NCBI GenBank assembly: GCA_038321865.1
Contig: JBBQFH010000037.1
Span: forward strand, 1 to 22,004
Origin: Gemmatimonadales bacterium
Lineage (GTDB): Bacteria > Gemmatimonadota > Gemmatimonadetes > Gemmatimonadales > GWC2-71-9
Direction of reading: 5' to 3'
Length of the DNA: 22,004 bases
The translations under genes and the position numbers were made by a program. Numbering within the stretch: position 1 is the stretch's first letter; the number at the start of each line of letters is the position of its first letter. Below are positions 8,285 to 17,721 of the stretch, piece after piece. The notes beneath the pieces are model-generated. The model was not told where the DNA came from and ran no database searches. It was given only the letters and a program-made list of their open reading frames with translations.

Positions 8285-8520
8285 GATCGTTCAGGGTAAT
8301 CGGTCTGCCGCGCTCGCGTGAGTGCTGGTAGCGCCCGCCGTGTCGCAATTCCGCCCCTGTTTGTCGCAAAAAGGGCCTGGCCCTGCGAGCGATTTCGGTC
8401 CATTCTTAGGCAAACCACGATAACCTGAGCCGTTGGGCGGTCGCGCCCGGTTATCACAGATCCGTCCTAGCATTTTCCCTTTCCATATCCGGTGACCTTC
8501 CAGCGGTGCGACTATTAGGT

Positions 8521-11500
8521 ATGCCTCTCCTTCAACGCCATAGCCGCCGTATCGAGCGATTCGATTGGAAACGGTACTGGCTGCCCCGTGGAGAACCTGT
8601 CGTCGGGGATGGCGGCTTCGTGGCGGAGCCCCGCTCATTTCGGTTCCTCGTTCCGGTAAACAATCATCTCAAAACCCTCGACGAGCTCGATGAGGTTCGG
8701 TGCCTCCTGCTTCTTGGCGACCCTGGCCTCGGCAAGTCCTATGACATCGGGGAGTATGTCGCACGCCTCACCGCCCGACTCCAGACCGCTCAGGCCCCGA
8801 CGTTTGAAATCATAGCGTGCGACATCTCTGAGTTTGACGATCGGGAGCAAATCCGCCGAACCATTTTCGAGAGCGCCGCGATCCAAGCTTGGAAGCAGAG
8901 TAACTCACTGCTCTACTTGGTGCTCGACAGCCTCGATGAAAGCCTCATTCCGCTCGGGCCGCTGTGCACTTTTCTGCTCGACCAACTCGAGGGTCTGCCG
9001 CTCGGCCGATGCCGGCTTCGGATCGCTTGTCGCACCTCGGAAATGCCGGGGGAGTTTCGTTCGCATCTTGAGCAGCGATTCCGCGAGACGTCGGAAGACC
9101 TATCGGACGCCGCTTCCTCGGATGAGCGCGCTGCGAGCGGCCTAGTAACGAGGTTAGAGTCCCCATCAGAGCATCAAGAGGTAGGGGAGATCGAAGACGA
9201 CGAGCCCGATCAGGCCCAGACACAGATTGGTGAACGATCGTTCGCCACGGTCGAGCTCGCGGCGTTGACGCGCGCCGCGGCTCGCGCGGCCGCAGCCGTC
9301 CGTCTCGCGTCCGAGCAAGGGGCTGATGCCTTCATCACAAGCGTGGAGGAGGCAGACGTTTCGGTGTTTGCAGCACGCCCGCTTACACTCCTCGAATTGG
9401 TAGAGCAGCATCGTCGAGGAGAGTCTCTGTCGACATCCCAGGCGGGCTTGTACGAAAGCATGTGTCAACGCCTCGCTGACCATCGACCTGGCAACTCTGG
9501 GACCACACGGGCAACGCTACGTACAACGCCCCGACAGCGGTATTTGTTAGCTAGGCGAATTTCAGCGCTGATGATACTCGGCAATCGCCGAACACTCTGG
9601 CTCGGAGAAGGTCCCCGGCTTGACCGCAATGCCCTGCAACTAGGCGACATCGCTGGCGACGAGATGCTCGGGTCTGAACGGGTGTCAGCCAGTGAAACCG
9701 AGCTCCGCGAAGCAATCAACACCGGGCTCTTCACGGCGGTAGGCGAGACCGGGTTGCAGGCGCATACGACCCTCGCCGAGTTCATGTCTGCTGCATGGGT
9801 AATCGCGCACAACCTTCCTCTCGTTCAAGTTCTCTCGCTAATAAGCGACGCCGCCGACCCCGAGCGGCATGTTATTCCGCAACTTCGCCAAGTAGGCGCG
9901 TGGTTGGCCGCTGGGCGAAATGAAGTTTTCGAACATATCAGTGCGACCGACCCGGACTTACTTCTCTGGAACGACGTCGTTCACTTGCCGATCGAGCGGA
10001 GGTCACTGCTGGTGGATGCGTTGTTGCGGGCCGTGGACGAAAACAGGCTACCCAACCCACCACTATTCCAGCATCGGCCGCTGTCGCGCCTAGCCCATCC
10101 AGGTCTCAGCGATCAGCTTCTGCGAATCGTTGCCGAGTCCGCTCGGCATCCACGCGTGCGGCACATGGCGCTTGATATCGCGGATGCATGCCGCCTGACA
10201 CCGATCGCGACTGCAGCCGCCGATATCGCACTGAACCCGCGTGAGCCGCTAGATCTACGAACAACAGCTGCATCGCTCGTAGCGGAGGCTGGCACCGATT
10301 CTGACCGGTTTCGGCTCGTGTCGCTTGCCACACAACCAATGAGTGACGATCCGCAAGATCAGCTTAAGGGCGCAGCGCTACTTGCGTGCTGGCCTAATTT
10401 GCAGCCATCGGACCTCTTCCGCAGCCTTACACGAATTAAGGTACCAAATTTCGGTGGCCGGTACGGAACGGCTCTGCATCGGATCGCAAGCGATCTACCG
10501 GGGACGCATCTTGCGGCTGCTGCGGAGTGGCTTGCTCGGACGCTACCAGGGGGCATTTACTTCGATGACGTGGTGCGCCGAGTGTTCACTTTGGCGTTCC
10601 ACGCCGCGGATCCCCAGCCCGACGCCCGGGTCATCAGAGACCTTGGCACTTTCATTCGTCGCCAACTCGCTGAGCATGAGAACGTTTTCGGTGGCACGCC
10701 CTGGGGTTTATATCGCGACTCCCCCGACCCACTCTCGGAGGCCATTCGTACCCGTCCCGACCTCCGCCGGAGTGTGGTTACGGCTGTTCTCAATTCTCCT
10801 GGGGAGCCTTCAGATCTGCATTCGCTCGGCGAGCTCGCGCCTGGCCTCCTGACCCGAGATGACGCGGCATGGGCCATCGCAGAACTCGCGCATCTCAGTC
10901 ACGAGGATATGTGCCGAGCCAACTGGGTTGCTGCCATTCAAGAAGTCGTGAACCTCAGTGACACGGAACACATCCGTGCGGCCCTCGATCATCGCGGAGA
11001 CCCGGATGTGGTCAATGCTACACACCGGCTTATCACTCAGCACGAAACGGTCGAGGGGGTGCTCGCCAGCATCGGCGGTCTGCAGGCCCGGCATCGGGAA
11101 CGCTCCGAAGAGAGTTCGCGGCGGTTTGCACAGCAGCGGACTGAACGCGAAGCGCGAATTGCGGCGGATCGGGCCGATCAGGGGGTGCCGCTCGGGGCTC
11201 TCGTTTCGCGCGTCGTCGATGCGCTCGAGCTCCGCGGGGACCTTCTTCAACGCTGGTTCCGCATCGCAGGCCAGCTCCTACAAAGCGATGACGGCATGTT
11301 TAAGTGGTCCTTCGACAGTCCTCGACTTGAAGCTCTTCGCGAGCTCTCCAGGACCCCTCAACGCGGTGCGGTAGTTGCTGCAGCTGCTGAGTACCTGCGC
11401 GATGCCGAGATCCAGAGCGATCCCTTTCCGGGTGACCGAATCCGTACTGAAGTATTCCTCGGATCGGCGGCCTTCGTCACTATTCAGGTTTTGGACTGTG

Positions 11501-12990
11501 ACTTGTTCGACCAGATCGCACCTGAGACGCTCCTTAGGTGGACGGCCATCATTGCCCGACATTTCGGCTACGGGGCTGAGAAACCGTTTCATGCCGCAGT
11601 ACTGCAGCGAATTATAGAAGCAGCGCCGACAGATGCTTCCGCGGTGCTACTCGAGGCTGTAAGTGCAAGCGCTGCCGCGGAGCGCTGGATAAGTGACGAG
11701 TTGATACGACTTGCTGCACAACTACGAGAATTTCGAACCGGCATCCTGCGGGCGATCGCCGCGGATCGCTATTCTCTGAATCAGACCGAATACCTGCTTC
11801 GTGAAATACTCAAAGCCGATGCGGCTCAGACCCTACCCGTAGCCCTACAGCTATTCGCTCGCCGGCGGAGAGGGCAAGGGGAGAGGTCGAAAGGGCTGGT
11901 GGCTGGCTCCGTACTACTGCATGAAGCGCCGGCGCTAGCGTGGCGTCAGCTGTGGCGTCGCCTTCGAGGTGACGCAGCAGCTCGCGAACTCTTGTCACAT
12001 GCTGCCGCCACTCGAGACGTCATCGACAATCAGGCCATTGCTCAGCTATCCGACCAGCAGGTCGCCGATCTCTACCTTCGAGTGGCTGAGCTCTATCCCC
12101 AGGAGACAGACCCTTGGCATGTTGGTGTCTATTCGCCTGGGGCGCGAGACAACCTTGGCCATTGGCGCTCACAATTGCTCAACGTTCTTCAGAGTCGGCG
12201 CCGTGACTCCGCTGTAGCTCAGCTTGAGCGAATCGCGAGATCACGCCCAGAAGACGATTGGCTGACGCGTGTGTGGCTGGGAGCTCAGGCAGCGCTCCGA
12301 AATGACCGGTGGCACGGGACGGCTCCACGCGAACTCCTGCAATTGGCCGAACGGGCGGATCTCCGTCTAGTGGAATCAGGGGCGGACCTTTTGAGCCTTC
12401 TACGCGAGTCGGTTGACCGGTTTCAGGATGACCTGCAGGGGGAGCTAAGGTCCGTGACCGGGTTATGGAATGAAGGCAGTCGGAGGAATTCGCCGAAGGG
12501 CGAGGAGCATCTCACGAACGCGATTGCTCGGCACCTTCGGCAGGATCTGCAGGGCCGTCGGATCGTGGTTGGACGAGAGCTGATTCTTCAGATTGGCGTA
12601 TCGGGGGGGGCCCCTGGCCGAAGAACAGACATTGATGTCGTCGCTGTCGCGAGAGAGGGGGCTGAGCGGATATCCCGCGACATTCGCGCCATCATAGAAG
12701 TGAAGGGATCTTGGAATCCTTCCGTAAGGGCGTCAATGAAGACGCAGCTCGTCAACGGCTATCTCGATCCCCAGCGCATACCCGTCGGGCTCTTCATCGT
12801 CGGGCAATACGCATGCTCGGCATGGCGCCCGGAAGCGCGGAAGACTCGGAGCGCCTCCCTTGGGGCGGTGCGGATCCTACAAGGCGTACTTGATGCACAG
12901 GCCGCTTCACTAACGAACGCGGTGCGGTTGGTCGCAGCAGTTGTGCTCGATACATCGCTCCCAGGCCGACCCCGACAGACGACGCGCTAG
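8521..12990 (+). CDS. NACHT/STAND NTPase with long helical repeat region and C-terminal PD-(D/E)XK-like nuclease domain
   Basis: Walker A LLLLGDPGLGKS, Walker B YLVLDSLDE, sensor IACR, RPLTL, winged-helix-like AHTTLAEFMSA; C-terminal E..L....A..L, RTDIDV, IIEVKGSWN. ATG 8521 preferred over GTG 8506. Confidence 0.85.
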   Translation: MPLLQRHSRRIERFDWKRYWLPRGEPVVGDGGFVAEPRSFRFLVPVNNHLKTLDELDEVRCLLLLGDPGLGKSYDIGEYVARLTARLQTAQAPTFEIIACDISEFDDREQIRRTIFESAAIQAWKQSNSLLYLVLDSLDESLIPLGPLCTFLLDQLEGLPLGRCRLRIACRTSEMPGEFRSHLEQRFRETSEDLSDAASSDERAASGLVTRLESPSEHQEVGEIEDDEPDQAQTQIGERSFATVELAALTRAAARAAAAVRLASEQGADAFITSVEEADVSVFAARPLTLLELVEQHRRGESLSTSQAGLYESMCQRLADHRPGNSGTTRATLRTTPRQRYLLARRISALMILGNRRTLWLGEGPRLDRNALQLGDIAGDEMLGSERVSASETELREAINTGLFTAVGETGLQAHTTLAEFMSAAWVIAHNLPLVQVLSLISDAADPERHVIPQLRQVGAWLAAGRNEVFEHISATDPDLLLWNDVVHLPIERRSLLVDALLRAVDENRLPNPPLFQHRPLSRLAHPGLSDQLLRIVAESARHPRVRHMALDIADACRLTPIATAAADIALNPREPLDLRTTAASLVAEAGTDSDRFRLVSLATQPMSDDPQDQLKGAALLACWPNLQPSDLFRSLTRIKVPNFGGRYGTALHRIASDLPGTHLAAAAEWLARTLPGGIYFDDVVRRVFTLAFHAADPQPDARVIRDLGTFIRRQLAEHENVFGGTPWGLYRDSPDPLSEAIRTRPDLRRSVVTAVLNSPGEPSDLHSLGELAPGLLTRDDAAWAIAELAHLSHEDMCRANWVAAIQEVVNLSDTEHIRAALDHRGDPDVVNATHRLITQHETVEGVLASIGGLQARHRERSEESSRRFAQQRTEREARIAADRADQGVPLGALVSRVVDALELRGDLLQRWFRIAGQLLQSDDGMFKWSFDSPRLEALRELSRTPQRGAVVAAAAEYLRDAEIQSDPFPGDRIRTEVFLGSAAFVTIQVLDCDLFDQIAPETLLRWTAIIARHFGYGAEKPFHAAVLQRIIEAAPTDASAVLLEAVSASAAAERWISDELIRLAAQLREFRTGILRAIAADRYSLNQTEYLLREILKADAAQTLPVALQLFARRRRGQGERSKGLVAGSVLLHEAPALAWRQLWRRLRGDAAARELLSHAAATRDVIDNQAIAQLSDQQVADLYLRVAELYPQETDPWHVGVYSPGARDNLGHWRSQLLNVLQSRRRDSAVAQLERIARSRPEDDWLTRVWLGAQAALRNDRWHGTAPRELLQLAERADLRLVESGADLLSLLRESVDRFQDDLQGELRSVTGLWNEGSRRNSPKGEEHLTNAIARHLRQDLQGRRIVVGRELILQIGVSGGAPGRRTDIDVVAVAREGAERISRDIRAIIEVKGSWNPSVRASMKTQLVNGYLDPQRIPVGLFIVGQYACSAWRPEARKTRSASLGAVRILQGVLDAQAASLTNAVRLVAAVVLDTSLPGRPRQTTR

Positions 12991-13544
12991 ACCTGAGCCT
13001 CAAGAACACCGGACCGCGATCCATTCAACCGTCGACGCTGAGCCAACCTCGTAAAGCGTCGTGTGTCACGTAGGCCGCCCATGCGAACAGGGATATTCCG
13101 TTGCAAATACCCGGGACTCGAGATCCACGGTTGTCGAGGGATGTAGATAGATCCTTAGGAGAGTGCGGTCAGTCTGTTGCGGTGCCGTCTTCGCAAACGT
13201 GCGCGATCCGGCTTTCGCAGCCGCTTCGGAAGCCGTCGGCAATACCGCTCGCGATGGCTGCCTCAACGTGCTAGGCACGAGCAACTTGTCGCGAGGGATC
13301 GGTCCTCGGGCCGTGACTGAGGAATTCATCTCGCAGTAACCGTGGGATCAAACATCGACCCACCGGTTGAAAGCGGAATGTAATTTGATGAGTGGCCTGG
13401 CGGCCTGATGACGGCACGCCGCCGACTAAGCGGCCGAGCGTTCGCTTTGCATAGCTGGAGTCATATATGGCCGCATTGCAGCTGATGCGGCGGCGCTAGG
13501 CGGAATCGGGCAAGAGTCATCACGTCAACTAGAGGGGGCTGCCA

Positions 13545-14447
13545 GTGGATAAGCACCGGCTTGAGATGGTGCTGAACGAAGCTCACCTGATTCTAAACGA
13601 GCTGGTTGGCCCACCTGCAACTAGTAAGGGAGAACTTCGAGCGCGCATATTTCAACTCCTGAGACTTGAGGATATCACCCGCGATCTCGCGGAGCACCAG
13701 GCCGGCATGTTGATTCCGGAATCAACCGCACTGTGGCGAATCCTAAGTTATCTGCGATTGTTCGAAGGAGAAGAGATTGGCAGTCAAGAATTGAACGTAG
13801 TATCGGGAATCCAAGAGCATGGCCGAAGAGTACGCGAGCTCCGAGTTGAATATGGCTTTGCGATCGAGACTATCGGCAAGCGTTACCGTCTCAATTCCTC
13901 AGACCCCGACCTCGCTCGCGTAGAGATTTGGCGGTTCATGAATGAACTTCGCAACGAACCCATCTCGATCACGGATGCGTGGGGGAAACTGTTCATCAAA
14001 TTTCCTGGGCAACCAATCACAAAGGAGCAGCTTCACTACGTCAGACCGGGCGCCGACCTAAGACGTGTGCGAGAACTCCGGACTGACAAAGGTTACCGAA
14101 TCATGTCGAGGTTCACGGGACGCCCTGATCTCAAGCCGACACAATACGTCCTAGTGGATACGGATCTTCTACCCGAAAGCGATCGGGACATTAAGGAATC
14201 CGTTCAAATCGTGGTGCTCGAGCGTGATAAGTTCGCTTGTCGCAAAACGGGATGTAGCTGGAGGCCGTCTGATAGGGTGACAGGCGACCCGCGTCAATAC
14301 ATCGAAATTCATCATATCCGATGGCATGTCCATGGTGGAAACAATGATGCCGTAAACTTGGCCACGCTTTGTAACGTTCACCACAAGGAAGTGCATCGTG
14401 ATCGAATTTACGAGGAAGCGTTTCCCGTGTGGCTCTCGACGCAATAG
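13545..14447 (+). CDS. HNH endonuclease, probable restriction enzyme of the adjacent C5 methyltransferase
   Basis: ERDKFACRKTGC...IEIHHIRWHVHGGNNDAVNLATLCNVHHKEVH; two RRVRELR..xG repeats; GAGGGG RBS; convergent with the MTase across a 21 bp gap. Confidence 0.88.
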   Translation: MDKHRLEMVLNEAHLILNELVGPPATSKGELRARIFQLLRLEDITRDLAEHQAGMLIPESTALWRILSYLRLFEGEEIGSQELNVVSGIQEHGRRVRELRVEYGFAIETIGKRYRLNSSDPDLARVEIWRFMNELRNEPISITDAWGKLFIKFPGQPITKEQLHYVRPGADLRRVRELRTDKGYRIMSRFTGRPDLKPTQYVLVDTDLLPESDRDIKESVQIVVLERDKFACRKTGCSWRPSDRVTGDPRQYIEIHHIRWHVHGGNNDAVNLATLCNVHHKEVHRDRIYEEAFPVWLSTQ

Positions 14448-14468
14448 CTTCATCCGATTGGATCATCG

Positions 14469-15584
14469 TCAGCCGGTCGCTCGACTCCTCACCATTCGGT
14501 TCGGAGAAACGGCCAGTAACATGGGCGTCAGATGCCGTGCGATCGCCTCTGCGAGTCGTGGCGGTACAGCATTGCCGATCTGCCGGGCGATCGCGAGTTT
14601 CGAACCGCAAAATAGGTAGTCGTCCGGAAACGTCTGAATGCGCGCGGCCTCGAAGTGAGTTATCGGACGGTGTTGATCTGGATGAAGGTATCGCCCTTTC
14701 TCCGGCTTAAAGAACTCAGTACGGATTGTAAGCGCTGGCTTATCCCATTCGAGCCGCCCCATAACGTCAGACGAACCGGTCTTCTTCTCAAGCCAGCACC
14801 TGGGCGTGATTTGCGGAGCCCGCTTCATGAGAGCGAACCGATTCTCGCCAGGCTGGATCACGGTGTAGCGCTGCAAAGACTTAGCTGTCGGCATCCTTCC
14901 GATGTGAAGATCCGAGACCGGGTGCGCATCGTACTCGCCGCCGCTGCGGCTGTCGTTCCGGAAATCGTAACGCAGTGGCAGACTGGCGAGATCGCCGATG
15001 GCGTCACGAACCGTCGCTACGTTCGACGCTCCATTGAGCGGTTCGGGCAGGGTCGCTAGCCCATCGCGTACGCCTACCAAAAACCCCCTACGCCGTCGTT
15101 GGGGTACGCCAAATAGCTCCGCTTTTAACGGCGCCGCAGCGATGTGGTACCCAAGCGATCGCGCCATATGTTCCACTTCCACAAACTGGGCCGACTTCAA
15201 AAACTCGGGTACATTCTCAACAACGAACGCCGTCGGCCGTGTCCACTCGACGACCTTAAAGAAATATCGCCACAGCTCGTTCATGTCTTGGTGCGCGTCA
15301 CGAGGCGACATCTTGCCTAAGGGCGAAAAGCCCTGACATGGTGGGCCACCGATTACCAGGTCTACATCACCGGGCAGATGAGCTCGAGTGAGCAACTCGA
15401 TCGGGAACGCGAATACGTCATGTCCGAAGTTGGCCGCGTAGCTCGCAGCGAACGCCGGCTCAAGCTCAACCGCAAAAACCGATCGATACTCGATATTCAG
15501 CCCAGATGCCTGGCGAAACCCTTGGCTCAGGCCACCCGCTCCGGAGAAGAGGTCGACGAAATTGACAACTCGTGGTGTATGCAT
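14469..15584 (-). CDS. DNA (cytosine-5)-methyltransferase
   Basis: Motif I DLFSGAGG, IV GGPPCQGFS, VI VENV, VIII PQRRRR, IX EAARIQTFP, X QIGNAVPP. Confidence 0.97.
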   Translation of the reverse strand: MHTPRVVNFVDLFSGAGGLSQGFRQASGLNIEYRSVFAVELEPAFAASYAANFGHDVFAFPIELLTRAHLPGDVDLVIGGPPCQGFSPLGKMSPRDAHQDMNELWRYFFKVVEWTRPTAFVVENVPEFLKSAQFVEVEHMARSLGYHIAAAPLKAELFGVPQRRRRGFLVGVRDGLATLPEPLNGASNVATVRDAIGDLASLPLRYDFRNDSRSGGEYDAHPVSDLHIGRMPTAKSLQRYTVIQPGENRFALMKRAPQITPRCWLEKKTGSSDVMGRLEWDKPALTIRTEFFKPEKGRYLHPDQHRPITHFEAARIQTFPDDYLFCGSKLAIARQIGNAVPPRLAEAIARHLTPMLLAVSPNRMVRSRATG

Positions 15585-15590
15585 TGCGAC

Positions 15591-15998
15591 TCAGTCTAAG
15601 AGGGACTTGAAGGACCGCCGAAACGACGTTGAGTCGCGAACTCGGCACTCCCAGATTGTGATGACCCGCCAGCCGAGGGACCGGAGCCTACGAATGGACC
15701 GTAGGTCCCGACGTTTATTGGCCGATATTTTGCTTTGCCAAAACTCCGGCCTTGTCTTGGGGAGTGAAGCGCGCTTGCATCCCGCGTGTCCGTGCCAAAA
15801 GCATCCATTTACGAAGACGACCGTTCGGTGGCGCGGGAGCACAATGTCCGGGGTTCCTGGGAGCCCAGCGACGTGCAAGCGGAAACGAAATCCGAGGCGG
15901 TGGAGTGCGGAGCGAACTAGCCGCTCAGGCTTCGTATCCTTGCCTTTGACTCGCCCCATGATCCTGCTGCGAGTAATCTCGTCAAAAGCGTCGGCCAT
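15591..15998 (-). CDS. vsr: Very short patch repair endonuclease
   Basis: MAD...RSRIM..VKGKDTKPE, LPGTPDIV, FVNGCFWHGH, FWQSKI..N..RD, GWRVITIWEC; ends 6 bp before the MTase start. Confidence 0.96.
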   Translation of the reverse strand: MADAFDEITRSRIMGRVKGKDTKPERLVRSALHRLGFRFRLHVAGLPGTPDIVLPRHRTVVFVNGCFWHGHAGCKRASLPKTRPEFWQSKISANKRRDLRSIRRLRSLGWRVITIWECRVRDSTSFRRSFKSLLD

Positions 15999-16425
15999 GT
16001 GTAACCCGATTAACGCAAACCGGATGCTCTGCCCAGGTGACGCCGCCCGTTGAGCCGCGCCGCCTCGGGAACAACGCGCTACACCACTCGGGAATGGATC
16101 TGATCTGACGTACACCCATAAGATAATCCTAAGTTATCCGATACGCGCGTCGATCAGAGGGCGCCCACAGGCCGAAATTGCAGGCCCTACGGGCAGCCAT
16201 CTGCGCAAGGCAACCAAAAACGAGCTGCCCCACAGGCGGCGAGAGCCGTATCGATGGTACAAAGCGACGGTGGCGGGCCTTCGGCGATCGGCAACGGGTG
16301 ACACCCAGACTAATGCGCCGCTCGAAGCACGCTGGCTGAACCGGTTATCACCATGTGCTGAACTTACGGCAAACGTCAGATTCAGCGATACAAGGCACCC
16401 AACAACTAACGAGGATCGGGTCCCC

Positions 16426-17652
16426 GTGAGAGTCGTGCTACTCGGTGCAGGATCTAGTTTCGGGGCAAGTCGCATGGGCGACGTAAGATGCCCGCTGGTG
16501 ACCGGCGTCCTCCCGACCGCCGTGAAGCTCGGGTTCTTCGATCCAGCCTATGCTAAGGCTCCGCAAGAAGCTTTTATCCAGCACTTGCGCGATTCGGGCG
16601 CCGATCCAGCAGCCATTCAACAGCTTGTCGACTCAAGAACTACAGAGAAGCACCTTGGGGTGCTCGCGGCATTCATCGAAGAGCACTTCGACGCCGAGCC
16701 AAAAGAGTACGAGACGACCGGCGTTGACTTCGAGCGACTATTCGCGCTCACGGAGGCGGAGCTACTTGGCTACCACGGCCTTCTCCGATACCGCAGCCAC
16801 ATGCCAACCCTCGCTGAGGGTCCGGACGTGCTGGGCCTGCAAATCAAGCTTGTGCTGTGCGGGACGTTGATATCCGCCATCAGGGACATCCGATGTGAGT
16901 ATCATGATGCGCTGGCGAGGTGGCTGGAGGCGGGCGACCTCGTCGTGTCCTTTAATTACGACCTCCTGATGGATAGATCGTTGGCTGCAACTGGATCATG
17001 GTACCATGATGACGGGTACGGCCTGACGTTCACCAAGCACGGCCATCGCGTAGGCGATCAAGTTGAATGGCGCGAGCCACGTCGCACACGGTCCGCAGTG
17101 AAGCTGCTTAAGCCACATGGCTCATTGAATTGGCTTTACCCGCGGAACTCTTGGGATTCCGTGATGAACTTGAGCCTCCAGCCGGGCGCGGAGTTCAAGG
17201 CTGCGCCTCCATCTCTGTATTGCATCGACGATGTTTATTCTCGTTTTGAAGAGGACTACCCTGCCTATGAGTGGTGGGAGAAGTATGACATTGAGCACGA
17301 TGATACCACTTTCGATCTCCACGCACTTCTCATTCCGCCGTCGGTGTCGAAGCCATATCGTTCCTTTGAGGGCCAGATGGGCACCGTTTGGGGTGCTGTG
17401 ACAGACGCCTTGCTAGGGCATGCCGAGGAGCTCTTCATAGTCGGCTACAGTCTGCGCCCTGACGACATCCGTACACATTGGCTCTTGAGGAAGGCAGCAC
17501 GACAGGGCGAGAAGTTGAAGCGAATAGTGGTGGTTGACCCGTCCGACGAGGTGCTTAGACGCGCCACGGACCTATTCGCGCCTATCGCCGTTACGCGGCT
17601 TTGCAGCACGATGGAGGAGTTTGCTGGCCACGTCGTCGCGGGTACCGCATAG
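16426..17652 (+). CDS. SIR2-family (SIR2_2-like) protein, putative NADase
   Basis: VLLGAGSS, SFNYDLL, LLKPHGSLNW, LIPP...K, FIVGYSL, VVVDP. GTG 16426 chosen as start (GAGGA upstream, Rossmann strand follows at once). Confidence 0.85.
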   Translation: MRVVLLGAGSSFGASRMGDVRCPLVTGVLPTAVKLGFFDPAYAKAPQEAFIQHLRDSGADPAAIQQLVDSRTTEKHLGVLAAFIEEHFDAEPKEYETTGVDFERLFALTEAELLGYHGLLRYRSHMPTLAEGPDVLGLQIKLVLCGTLISAIRDIRCEYHDALARWLEAGDLVVSFNYDLLMDRSLAATGSWYHDDGYGLTFTKHGHRVGDQVEWREPRRTRSAVKLLKPHGSLNWLYPRNSWDSVMNLSLQPGAEFKAAPPSLYCIDDVYSRFEEDYPAYEWWEKYDIEHDDTTFDLHALLIPPSVSKPYRSFEGQMGTVWGAVTDALLGHAEELFIVGYSLRPDDIRTHWLLRKAARQGEKLKRIVVVDPSDEVLRRATDLFAPIAVTRLCSTMEEFAGHVVAGTA

Positions 17653-17721
17653 GCGCCTGGGCTATCCGGGACGGTACTCGGCCGCCTCAACCACACTGCG
17701 ACGCGACTTCGAGCGGAGCCG

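Noticed and set aside
13066..13329. 87 aa ORF as a controller protein or antitoxin
   Set aside because: No HTH or other motif, low-information composition, no clear RBS.
13503..13530. dif-like site GAATCGGGCAA-GAGTCA-TCACGTCAACT
   Set aside because: Only 7/11 and 5/11 matches to the E. coli XerD and XerC arms, and no convincing partner site.
16426..17652. Thoeris, SIR2-HerA, SPARSA or DSR assignment
   Set aside because: No TIR, HerA, pAgo/APAZ partner or long DSR C-terminus is visible.
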